Assembly: GCA_031362565.1 (NCBI GenBank)
Contig: JANLSU010000117.1
Span: forward strand, 1-30,968
Reading direction: 5' to 3'
Origin: a bacterium
GTDB taxonomy: Bacteria; Krumholzibacteriota; Krumholzibacteriia; G020349025
Length of the DNA stretch: 30,968 bases
This document shows, in pieces, positions 8,586-17,309 of the stretch. Under the pieces are notes generated by a model, which saw nothing but the letters and a program-made list of their open reading frames with translations, had not been told where the DNA came from and ran no database searches. The position numbers were made by a program, and so were the translations under genes. Each line of letters begins with the position of its first letter. Position 1 is the first letter of the stretch.

Positions 8586-9734
8586 GTGCAGACGGAGCGT
8601 AGCGCGGCGGGTGACCGCCTCGACATCGGGATCTTCATCGCCTTGCTGCCACCCGAGCACCTTGGCGGTGCCGAGTTGCAAGCCGACCGTTTGGGACGCG
8701 AACTCGCCGCCCGTGGGCACCGCGTCCACATCTTCACCCGCGCCCAGGCGGGGCGCCGAAACAACGAAGAAATCGCTGGTGTCACGGTGCATCGCCGTCC
8801 GGTGGTGCCGATTCCGGGTCTGCGCTTGGCGGGTGAAATCGTCTTTGCGACCGTGCAAGCGGCGCGCGTCCACCCGGATGTTTTCTTGTGCTATATGACC
8901 ATGAACAGCGGCCTTCTCGGGGCCTTCGCATCGGCGCGCTGTGGGGCTCCGTTCATCATCTGGCAACGGGCCGACGGCGAATCGCTGGTCGGTGTGACGG
9001 CACTGCGGCGCCGGCTGGCGTTCGCGTTGAATCGCCGTGCGGCAGGTGTTTGGGTGCAGTCGCAGACGTTCGTCGCGACGATCGAGAAAGCGTACGCGGC
9101 GGCGCGCCGCGGCGCCGCCTGGCAAGACCTCGCCGGACGTGTGCGCATCCTCGGCAATGGCCTCGATGTGCCGGACGCTCGCACCGAGAGCCAGCCGCCG
9201 CCCTGGCGCCTGGTGTTTGTCGGGCGGCTGACGCCGGAAAAGGATCTGCCGACGTTGATCGCCGCGGCGCGTCTCGTGCCCGAATGCGAGATTTGGATCG
9301 TCGGGGCTGGGCCGCTGCGTCTGGAGTTGGAAGAGAGCGCCCGCGGTACGCGGGTGCAATTCTTGGGCGCCCAGGATCACGCCCGCATCGGCGAGTTGAT
9401 CCGTGAATCGCGTGCTCTGGTGCTCTGCTCCGTCGAAGAAGGCATTCCGAACGTCGTGCTCGAGGCCTTCGCCGCCGGCCGCCCGGTGATCGCGACCCCG
9501 GTGGGCGCGGTGCCGGACTTGGTGCAGGACGGCGTCAATGGTCTGATCGTTCCGAGGCGCGATCCGGTGCGCCTTGCAGCCGCGATGCGCGAACTGTGCA
9601 ACGACGCACGCTGGCGCCGGCTCGCCGCCGGCGCGCGTCCGACCGCACTCGCGTTTGCATGGCCGGAACTCGTGACCCGTGTCGAAGCTGAACTGGCGGC
9701 GGTCGTCGCGGCGCGTCCGGGGCGGCGGCCATGA
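8586..9734 (+). CDS. GT4 glycosyltransferase
   Basis: 'PEHLGGAE', 'LARGHRV', 'FVGRLTPEKD', 'EGIPNVVLEAFAAGRPVIAT.VG'; start uncertain (8532, 8571 or 8586; GGAG precedes 8586). Confidence 0.9.
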   Translation: MQTERSAAGDRLDIGIFIALLPPEHLGGAELQADRLGRELAARGHRVHIFTRAQAGRRNNEEIAGVTVHRRPVVPIPGLRLAGEIVFATVQAARVHPDVFLCYMTMNSGLLGAFASARCGAPFIIWQRADGESLVGVTALRRRLAFALNRRAAGVWVQSQTFVATIEKAYAAARRGAAWQDLAGRVRILGNGLDVPDARTESQPPPWRLVFVGRLTPEKDLPTLIAAARLVPECEIWIVGAGPLRLELEESARGTRVQFLGAQDHARIGELIRESRALVLCSVEEGIPNVVLEAFAAGRPVIATPVGAVPDLVQDGVNGLIVPRRDPVRLAAAMRELCNDARWRRLAAGARPTALAFAWPELVTRVEAELAAVVAARPGRRP

Positions 9735-10969
9735 CGCCGCGCGCCGCGCCGCCACTCCATGATCCCGAAACCGAATTGGCCGCCGATGAACTCGCGACGC
9801 CGCACGGCCTCGTCTGGCGCGCCCGCGCTCGCTATCCCGATCTCTACCGGCACGGCGGGGTGTACGTCGCCGCCGGCCGCGAATGGCAGCCGCACGATTT
9901 GGCGCGCGTGACGCGCGAACCGCGCGCCGCGGGGTTGGCTGCGGAGCGTTGGTTGGTTCTCGACGTCGAGACCACCGGCCTTGGGGCGCGCGCCGGCACC
10001 TATGCGTTCCTCGTCGGGCTCGGATGGTGGGAGAAGGACGCGTTCATGGTCGAGCAACTTCTGATGCGCGACCCGTCCGACGAACCCGCGCTCTTGTCGG
10101 CGGTCACCGAACGGCTGGCCGGATTTGCCGGACTCGTAACCTTCAACGGCAAGGCGTTCGACGCGCCGCTGCTCGCAACGCGGTTCGCGATGTCGCGCCA
10201 GCCGGCGCCGCACGCCGGGCTCGTGCATTGCGACATGCTGCACGCGGCGCGCCGCGTCACGATCGAAGGTGAACGCGGTGGATCGCGGCTAGCGGCGCTC
10301 GAGAAGCGCTGGCTCGGGGTGTGGCGCCACGCCGATATCGCTGGGCGTGACGTGCCGGACGTCTACTTGGACTATTTGCGTACCGGCAATTCCGTCGTGC
10401 TGGACGGGGTGCTGCGCCACAACCGCGTCGACATTCTGAGTTTGGCGCTCCTCACGGCCGAGGTTGCGCGCTTCCCGCCCCGAACCCTGGCGGCGCTGGC
10501 GGACCCCGGCGGCGTTGCCGCCGAACGGCTCGCGGTGGCGCGCATCTACGACGCGGCCGGCGAGCGAGACACGGCCGAGTCGTTGTACGAAGCCTGCCTC
10601 GGTGCCGCGGCGCCGCTTCCGGTGCGTCGGGGTGCGCACCAAGCGTTGGCGAAGTCCCGGAAGCGTCGTGGCGATCTCCTGGGGGCCTGCGCGCTCTGGG
10701 AGCGCATGCTCGAGGCCGAACCCGACCTCGTCGAACCTTGCGAGGAGCTGGCCAAGGCGCTCGAGCACCGCTTGGCGGCGCCCGGACGCGCCTTAGAGCG
10801 AGTTGCGGCGCGGCTCGAGGGCGCGGCCCTGGGGGAGGGCGAGCGCCAGCAGCTCGTGCACCGGCAGCAACGCCTCGAGCGCAAGGTCGGCAACTTGCGA
10901 CTGGCACAGCTCGAAACGGCGCCTGCCGAGGGCCCCTTGGACCCCGCCGCTTCGCAACCGTGCCCTTGA
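9731..10969 (+). CDS. YprB/MrfB-like RNase H-like (DEDDh) exonuclease with C-terminal TPR-like helices
   Basis: 'LDVETTGL', 'AFLVGLG', 'LVTFNGKAFDAP', 'HCDMLH', 'HNRVD'; C-terminal 'EELAKALEH'; ATGA overlap with the upstream GT. Confidence 0.85.
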   Translation: MTPRAAPPLHDPETELAADELATPHGLVWRARARYPDLYRHGGVYVAAGREWQPHDLARVTREPRAAGLAAERWLVLDVETTGLGARAGTYAFLVGLGWWEKDAFMVEQLLMRDPSDEPALLSAVTERLAGFAGLVTFNGKAFDAPLLATRFAMSRQPAPHAGLVHCDMLHAARRVTIEGERGGSRLAALEKRWLGVWRHADIAGRDVPDVYLDYLRTGNSVVLDGVLRHNRVDILSLALLTAEVARFPPRTLAALADPGGVAAERLAVARIYDAAGERDTAESLYEACLGAAAPLPVRRGAHQALAKSRKRRGDLLGACALWERMLEAEPDLVEPCEELAKALEHRLAAPGRALERVAARLEGAALGEGERQQLVHRQQRLERKVGNLRLAQLETAPAEGPLDPAASQPCP

Positions 10970-10986
10970 GGCAAAGTCCCGATCCA

Positions 10987-10995
10987 TGCTAGGCT
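10987..10995 (+). promoter_or_regulatory. Possible extended -10 promoter for the S8 protease
   Basis: TG-C-TAGGCT about 65 bp before the ATG at 11059. Confidence 0.35.
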
Positions 10996-11058
10996 TCCCT
11001 TCTCCGATGAACGTGCGTGTCCGCCATCCCGACGCGCCATGAGGAGGTCACGCAAGGC

Positions 11059-14000
11059 ATGCCCGCGACCCGTCCGCGACCCGCGAGGACGATGCGACCC
11101 ATTGCGCTATGGGCGGTTTCCGCCATGGTGGCGCTCTGCTTCTTCGGTGCCCCCGTGGCGCATGCATTTGTCGGGCGTCCCGCGCTGGGACGGCTCGTCG
11201 TCAAACTGCGTGACGAAGTTAGTGTGCAGCCGGCGCCCGGCAAGGCGGGCCAGGCAGCGACCACCGGCAACCGCAGCCTCGATGCTTTGAACGCCACGTT
11301 CGGCGTGCAGCAGTTCGCGCCGGAGTTCGTGGGCGCGTCGCACGCCAGCAAAGCGATCGCCGGACACGATCTCGCCAGCTACTTCATCCTCCAGTTCTCG
11401 GACGGCGTCGATCTGAACGCGATTCGCGCCGCCTACGCCGCCGATGCCGCTGTTGAGAACGCCGAGTTCGACATGCTGATGCCGGTGTCACACGAGCCCA
11501 ACGATCTCGGCTCGCAGTGGCATTTGGAGAGCGTGACGGGAAGTGATGCGCATCTCACCGGTGGTTGGAATCACACCAAGGGTAGTTCGAGCGTCCTGCT
11601 CGCGATCGCCGACACGGGCGTCGACTGGCAACACCCGGACTTGGCCGCCAACATTTGGTCGAACCCGGGTGAGATCGCCGGCAACGGCATCGATGACGAT
11701 GCAGATGGTCTCATCGATGACGTACGGGGTTGGGATTTCGTGTCGACTCTGACCGGCGCCTGGCCGGGCGAGGACGCCGTCGGGGAAGACAACGACCCGA
11801 GCGATTTCAACGGCCACGGAACGCATTGTGCCGGCATCGCCGCCGCGGTCACCAACAACAACCTCGGGGTGTGTGGCGTCGCCTACAACTGCAAGATTCT
11901 GCCGCTCCGCATCGGTGGTTCGATCAATGATAACCAGGCGGAGCAAGGCGTCGTCCTGATGAGCGCCGCGGCCCAGGCGATCGACTTCGCGCGCCGCAAG
12001 GGCGCCGTCGCCATCAATTGTAGCTGGGGTTCCAGCAATGCGTCCGGCCTTGGCGCTGCCTGCTCGACGGCGATTGCGGCGGGCATGGTCGTGTGCGTGG
12101 CGGCCGGCAACGACAACGCCAATGCGCCCGCCTACTTGAACTCGCGCGGCGACTGCATGGACGTCGGCGCGACCGGTTCCGGCGATGCCCGGGCAAGTTT
12201 CTCGAACTTTGGCGCGTGGGTGGACGTCTGCGCGCCGGGTGTTTCGATCTACAGCACGTACTTTTTCCACGGCGCTTCCGGCGCCGCCCAGCACGGCTAC
12301 ACGGCTCTGTCGGGCACTTCCATGGCGACGCCGGTCGTCACCGGGCTCGTCGGGCTCGTCCGCACCTTGAACCCCGGCTTCACGGCGCTCCAAACGCGCA
12401 ACTATATCAAAGCGGGTTGCGACAATATCGACATGCAAAACCCGGGATTCGTCGGCCAACTGGGAGCAGGACGCGTCAACGCGCTGCGGATGTTCAAGGA
12501 CTACAATCTGACGATCCCGGCCGATTATCCGAGTTTCGACAAGGCACTGACGGCCAGTGGCGCCGGTGACACCTTGGCGCTTCGCGGTGGCGACGTGTAC
12601 ACGAACGGCTGGTTCGTGACCCGCACTCAACGGCTCGTCCAGGGCGGCTGGAACTCGGACTTTACGGGGCGCGATCCGATCAACAACCCGACGATCGTGC
12701 AACGCACCGGTGTCGGCCCGGTGCTCGAGTTTACGCCGATCGTCGACAACACGCTCATCATCGACGGGGTCAGTTTCTCGGGTGGCGTCGGGCGGAATCT
12801 CTCGTCACCGCTTCCCGGCACATTCGGCGGGGGCGTGTTGTGCATCGACGCATCGCCGGTGCTGCGGAATTGCCGCATCATCTCCAATAGCGCCGGCGAC
12901 GCTTTCACGACCGGCGGCGGCGGTGGGGCGTTTTTCGCGAATTCCTCGGCGCTGCTGCAGAATTGCACCATTTCCGGCAACAGTGCGTCGCAGGGCGCCG
13001 GCCTGTACGTGCTCAATTCCACCCTCAGCATTCAAGGCGGCTCGATCGCGTCGAATACCGGCGTGGGTGGCGGGTCGACGACCGCCGGGGCCGGTCTTTA
13101 TCTCGACGGCGGCACTCTGACCCTGAACGGCCTGACGATCGACGCCAACAATGCGGTGCAGGACGGCGGCGGCATCTACCTCAAGACGGGGTCCCTCGAC
13201 GCGACGGGAGTCGTCTGTTCGAACAACGGCGCGACGGGCTCGGGCGGCAACCTGCGTATTGCCGGCGGCAGTGCGGTGCTCCGGGGCTCGGAACTGCGGA
13301 ACGGCGCGGCGACGTTCGGTGCCGGCGTGGCGCTTGCGAGCGGCACCTCCATTGCGCTCCAGTCCTGCCTCGTGAGCGGCAATCAGGCGTCGCTTCTCGG
13401 CGGCGGGATCTACGCCACGGCGGCGAATGGCGCGCTCGCCAACGTCACCTTCGATGCGAACCGCGGCGTTGCCGGCGGCGGTGACGCGGTATTTGCCAGT
13501 GGGTGTCCAGCGCCGTGGACGGTGCGCAATGGGCTCATCACCAACCATACGACGGCGGTCAACGCGGCTTGCAGCTTCAACGGTGCGGCACCGCAACTGG
13601 ACTACAACACGTTTTGGAACAATGCCCTGAATGTTGCGGGCGGATCGTTGGGGGCGCATGACACGATCGAGAACCCGTTGTACGTCAATCAAGCTGGTGG
13701 CGTCTTAGCGCTGGCGATGAATTCGCCGGCACTCGACAGCGGTGATCCGCTGATTGCGTTCAACGATCCGGATGGGACGCGCGCCAATCGGGGTGCGTTC
13801 GGCGGTCCGAATGCCGTGAGTGCGGCGCCGGTGCCGCCGGGCGGTTTGCACGCCCAACGCCTGTCGAATCCGGTGCGCAATGCCGTGACCTGGCTCGCCG
13901 TGCCACCGGCCGGCTTGCAACTATATGCGCTCTACCGTGGAGCCAACGCGCAGTTCGTGCCGTCGGCGTCGACGCTCGTCACGACGGTTCCGGCCGGCAC

Positions 14001-14415
14001 GCTGGCGTTCAACGATCCGGCCGGCGCGGCCGCCGACTGGTACAAGATCGCGGCGGTTTCGACGACCGGTGCGTCGTCGGGATTCGGGCCGGCGTCGCCG
14101 GTCACTGCCGCCACCGATGCGCCGCCGCAGTTGCCGCAGCGCTTCGCGTTACATAGCAACGTGCCGAATCCCTTCAATCCGACGACGACTCTGCAGTTCG
14201 ATCTGCCGGTGGATGCGTGGGTGCGCGTCGATGTCGTGGACTCGAAGGGCCGCGTCGTGCGGCAACTGGTGGACGGGCCGCGAGCGGCCGGCGTGCACCA
14301 TGCCAACTGGAATGGCCGCGACACCGCCGGCCGCGAAGTGGCATCCGGAATCTACTTCGCCCGTTTCTCCACCGCGTCCGAACACGCGGTCCGCAAGATG
14401 ATCCTGGTGCGCTGA
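11059..14415 (+). CDS. Secreted S8 subtilase with parallel beta-helix region and C-terminal FlgD-Ig/T9SS-like sorting domain
   Basis: Catalytic motifs 'IADTG', 'GHGTHCAG', 'AAGN', 'GTSMATP'; GG(A/G)(I/L)Y...N repeats; tail 'NVPNPFNPTT...GIYF...RKMILVR'; GAGGAGG at 11041 supports ATG 11059. Confidence 0.9.
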   Translation: MPATRPRPARTMRPIALWAVSAMVALCFFGAPVAHAFVGRPALGRLVVKLRDEVSVQPAPGKAGQAATTGNRSLDALNATFGVQQFAPEFVGASHASKAIAGHDLASYFILQFSDGVDLNAIRAAYAADAAVENAEFDMLMPVSHEPNDLGSQWHLESVTGSDAHLTGGWNHTKGSSSVLLAIADTGVDWQHPDLAANIWSNPGEIAGNGIDDDADGLIDDVRGWDFVSTLTGAWPGEDAVGEDNDPSDFNGHGTHCAGIAAAVTNNNLGVCGVAYNCKILPLRIGGSINDNQAEQGVVLMSAAAQAIDFARRKGAVAINCSWGSSNASGLGAACSTAIAAGMVVCVAAGNDNANAPAYLNSRGDCMDVGATGSGDARASFSNFGAWVDVCAPGVSIYSTYFFHGASGAAQHGYTALSGTSMATPVVTGLVGLVRTLNPGFTALQTRNYIKAGCDNIDMQNPGFVGQLGAGRVNALRMFKDYNLTIPADYPSFDKALTASGAGDTLALRGGDVYTNGWFVTRTQRLVQGGWNSDFTGRDPINNPTIVQRTGVGPVLEFTPIVDNTLIIDGVSFSGGVGRNLSSPLPGTFGGGVLCIDASPVLRNCRIISNSAGDAFTTGGGGGAFFANSSALLQNCTISGNSASQGAGLYVLNSTLSIQGGSIASNTGVGGGSTTAGAGLYLDGGTLTLNGLTIDANNAVQDGGGIYLKTGSLDATGVVCSNNGATGSGGNLRIAGGSAVLRGSELRNGAATFGAGVALASGTSIALQSCLVSGNQASLLGGGIYATAANGALANVTFDANRGVAGGGDAVFASGCPAPWTVRNGLITNHTTAVNAACSFNGAAPQLDYNTFWNNALNVAGGSLGAHDTIENPLYVNQAGGVLALAMNSPALDSGDPLIAFNDPDGTRANRGAFGGPNAVSAAPVPPGGLHAQRLSNPVRNAVTWLAVPPAGLQLYALYRGANAQFVPSASTLVTTVPAGTLAFNDPAGAAADWYKIAAVSTTGASSGFGPASPVTAATDAPPQLPQRFALHSNVPNPFNPTTTLQFDLPVDAWVRVDVVDSKGRVVRQLVDGPRAAGVHHANWNGRDTAGREVASGIYFARFSTASEHAVRKMILVR

Positions 14416-14425
14416 AGGGCGGCAC

Positions 14426-15127
14426 GTGGCGTACGACGTCGTGGTCTTCGGGGCGCACCCGGATGACGCTGAAATGGGTATGGGCGGCACGATCGCGAAG
14501 CTGTGCCGGGCCGGGCGTTCGGTGCTCATCGTGGCGCTGACGCGCGGCGAGCAAGGGACGCACGGCACTCTCGAGTCGCGCCAGGCCGAAGCCGCCGCCG
14601 CCGCCCGCGTGCTGGGCTGCGATCACCGGCTGCTCGACTTCCCCGACACCCGCGTCGAGAACAACATCGAGGGCCGGACGCGATTGATGCGCCTGGTGCG
14701 CGAACTCGCACCGCAAATCGTCTTTGCGCCCTACCACACGAATCGCTTCGGCCACCACGACGGGGCCGCGCACGTCGATCATCTGGCGGCGGGTGCGCTG
14801 GTCAAGGACGCGCTGAAACTGGCGCGGCTGCGCGGCCTGGAACCCGAGCGCCCGGCGCACGACGTCCGGCGCCTGTTCCATTATATGGTGCCGCGCGACC
14901 GCTACCCGTCGTTCCTCATCGACGTGAGCGATGAGATGGAGACGCTGGTGCGCGCTCTGCAAGCCTACGAGACCCAGATGCGCATCGAGCGGCAAGGCAA
15001 CGCCATCCTCGCCATCCTGGAGACCTACCGGCGCTACAACGGCATTGCCGCCGGGTGCACGCACGCCGAGCCCTTTCTCTGCGACGAGGCGCTGCGGGTC
15101 GACCCCGAGACCCTGTTCCGGATTTGA
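14426..15127 (+). CDS. bshB1: PIG-L/LmbE family N-acetylglucosaminyl deacetylase, BshB1-like
   Basis: 'FGAHPDDAEMGMGGTI', 'LTRGEQGTHGT...R..EA..AA.VLG', 'HVDH', 'AYETQ', 'AEPF'. Confidence 0.7.
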   Translation: MAYDVVVFGAHPDDAEMGMGGTIAKLCRAGRSVLIVALTRGEQGTHGTLESRQAEAAAAARVLGCDHRLLDFPDTRVENNIEGRTRLMRLVRELAPQIVFAPYHTNRFGHHDGAAHVDHLAAGALVKDALKLARLRGLEPERPAHDVRRLFHYMVPRDRYPSFLIDVSDEMETLVRALQAYETQMRIERQGNAILAILETYRRYNGIAAGCTHAEPFLCDEALRVDPETLFRI

Positions 15128-15186
15128 TGCCTCCGGCCCGCGCCAGATGCGGCCAAGGGGCCCCCTCGGACCGCGCCGGGGGACTG

Positions 15187-15195
15187 TGCTATGAT
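15187..15195 (+). promoter_or_regulatory. Extended -10 promoter of the carbamoyltransferase operon
   Basis: TG-C-TATGAT about 75 bp upstream of the SxtJ-like gene. Confidence 0.5.
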
Positions 15196-15269
15196 CGGTT
15201 GTACCTTGTCGGAAAGGGCAACCGGCCTGCGGCCGGTGGCTGCCACCCGTAGTCCTGCCGGGGTCCCCG

Positions 15270-15509
15270 TTGCACGCCATCGTCTCGATCTTCAAAGGGT
15301 TCTACCGCCTGTGGATGCGGTTCGCGCATCTGCTGGGGACCGTGAACCGGTTCGTCTTCCTGACGCTCTTCTACTGGATCATCATCGACATCTCGAACCT
15401 TGGTGTGCGCCTGGGGCGCCAGGACCTCCTCGACCGGCGCATGGTGCCGCGGGCGAGCTACTGGCACCGCCGGCTCACGCAGTCCAACACGCACAAGCAG
15501 CAGTTCTGA
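15270..15509 (+). CDS. SxtJ-family small membrane protein (short form)
   Basis: 'YRLWMRFAHLLG.VN...LTLFY....GRQDLL.RR....SYW.......QQF' matches the SxtJ C-terminal pattern; adjacent to the carbamoyltransferase; exact start uncertain. Confidence 0.8.
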   Translation: MHAIVSIFKGFYRLWMRFAHLLGTVNRFVFLTLFYWIIIDISNLGVRLGRQDLLDRRMVPRASYWHRRLTQSNTHKQQF

Positions 15510-15564
15510 ACCCCGCCTCGCCGCGCCCCGAAGCGCTGGCGTGGTGCTTCGGAGAGCGAATTCC

Positions 15565-17301
15565 ATGAACATCCTCGGGATCTCAGCTCTGTATCACGAT
15601 TCGGCGGCCTGTCTCATTCAGGACGGCAAAATCGTCGCGGCGGCGTCCGAGGAGCGGTTCACGCGCAAGAAGCACGACCACGATTTTCCGGTCAATGCCG
15701 TCCAGTACTGCTTGAAGGAGGGCGGCATCGAGGTCAAGGACCTCGACTACGTCGGCTTCTACGACAAGCCGCTCATCAAGTTCGAACGGATCCTCTACAC
15801 GTACCTGGCGACGTTCCCGAAGTCGTTCCCGTCCTTCATGAAGGCCATTCCGCTGTGGCTCACCGAGAAGCTGTGGATCCCCAACCAGATCCACAAGAAG
15901 CTGCAGTACAAGGGTCCGATCCTGTTCGCCGAGCACCATGAATCGCACGCGGCGAGTTCGTTCCTGGTGTCGCCGTTCAAAGAGGCGGCGATCCTGACCG
16001 TCGACGGGGTCGGCGAATGGGCGACCTCGACGATGGGTGTCGGACGCGGCAACAAGATCGAGATTCTGAACGAGATCCGGTTCCCGCACTCGCTCGGGCT
16101 CCTGTACAGCGCCTTCACGTACTACCTGGGCTTCAAGGTGAACAGCGCCGAGTACAAAGTCATGGGCTTGGCGCCCTACGGCACGCCGAAGTACATGAAA
16201 GAGATGGAAGAGCTCATCACCATCGCCGACGATGGCAGTTTCAAGATGAACATGCAGTACTTCGCCTACGACTATGGGCTCACCATGACGAACAAGAAAT
16301 TCGACAAGTTGTTCGGTGCACCGCCACGGCCGCCGGAGTCCCCGGTCACGCAGCGCGAAATGGACCTGGCGGCGACCGTCCAAAAGGTGACCGAAGACGT
16401 GGTTCTCAAGATGTGCCGCAACCTGCACGCGCAGACCGGCCTGGATTCCTTGTGCATGGCGGGCGGCGTGGCGTTGAACTGCGTCGCGAACGGCAAGATT
16501 ATTCGCGAGACACCGTTCAAGAACATCTTCGTCCAGCCTGCCGCCGGTGATGCCGGTGGCGCGCTCGGAGTTGCGGCGCTCATCTGGTATTCGATCCTCG
16601 ACAACCCGCGTACGACGCCGATGCCGAATTCGTACCTCGGGCCCGAGTACTCGCGTGACGATATCCGCAAGTACTTGACCGAGAACGGCGTCCAGTATCA
16701 CGAACTGCCGTACGACGACTTGCTCGACCGGACCGCACAATTGATCGACGAGCAGGCGGTGGTCGGCTGGTTCCAGGGCCGCATGGAATTCGGGCCGCGG
16801 GCGCTCGGCAACCGCAGCATTCTCGCCGACGCGCGCAACCCGGCGAACAAAGACGTCGTCAACATGAAGATCAAATTTCGCGAGAGCTTCCGGCCGTTCG
16901 CGCCGTCGGTGCTCGCTGAACGGGCGTCCGATTGGTTCGAACTCGACCAGCCGAGCCCCTACATGCTGCTCGTGGCACCGGTGCGGGAAGACCATCGGAC
17001 GATTCCGTCGGTCACCCACATCGATGGCAGCGCCCGTATTCAGACCGTGACCCGCGACCAGAACGCCATCTACTACGACCTCATCAAGCGTTTCGAGGCG
17101 CGCACCGGCTGCCCGGTCATCATCAATACGTCGTTCAACGTGCGTGGCGAGCCGATCGTCATGACGCCGCACGACGCCTACATGTGCTTCATGCGCACCA
17201 ACATGGAGTACCTGGTGATGGACCATTTTCTGCTCGACAAGCGCGAGATGAAGCCGCTGCAGGATGACGTGGACTGGCGCAATCTCTTCGAGCTGGACTG
17301 A
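15565..17301 (+). CDS. NodU/CmcH/TobZ-family O-carbamoyltransferase (SxtI-like)
   Basis: Start MNILGISALYHDSAA with GGAG RBS; 'EERFTRKKH', 'EHHESHAAS', 'DGVGE', 'EYKVMGLAPYG', 'AGGVALNC', 'GRMEFGPRALGNRS', 'KFRESFRPFAP', 'NTSFNVRGEP'. Confidence 0.96.
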   Translation: MNILGISALYHDSAACLIQDGKIVAAASEERFTRKKHDHDFPVNAVQYCLKEGGIEVKDLDYVGFYDKPLIKFERILYTYLATFPKSFPSFMKAIPLWLTEKLWIPNQIHKKLQYKGPILFAEHHESHAASSFLVSPFKEAAILTVDGVGEWATSTMGVGRGNKIEILNEIRFPHSLGLLYSAFTYYLGFKVNSAEYKVMGLAPYGTPKYMKEMEELITIADDGSFKMNMQYFAYDYGLTMTNKKFDKLFGAPPRPPESPVTQREMDLAATVQKVTEDVVLKMCRNLHAQTGLDSLCMAGGVALNCVANGKIIRETPFKNIFVQPAAGDAGGALGVAALIWYSILDNPRTTPMPNSYLGPEYSRDDIRKYLTENGVQYHELPYDDLLDRTAQLIDEQAVVGWFQGRMEFGPRALGNRSILADARNPANKDVVNMKIKFRESFRPFAPSVLAERASDWFELDQPSPYMLLVAPVREDHRTIPSVTHIDGSARIQTVTRDQNAIYYDLIKRFEARTGCPVIINTSFNVRGEPIVMTPHDAYMCFMRTNMEYLVMDHFLLDKREMKPLQDDVDWRNLFELD

Positions 17302-17309
17302 GGGCATCC

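Noticed and set aside
8424..9755. Long N-terminal extension of asnB in the 1065-aa ORF
   Set aside because: Ntn amidotransferases need Cys at position 2 (MCG at 8423); the extension is antisense to a real GT gene.
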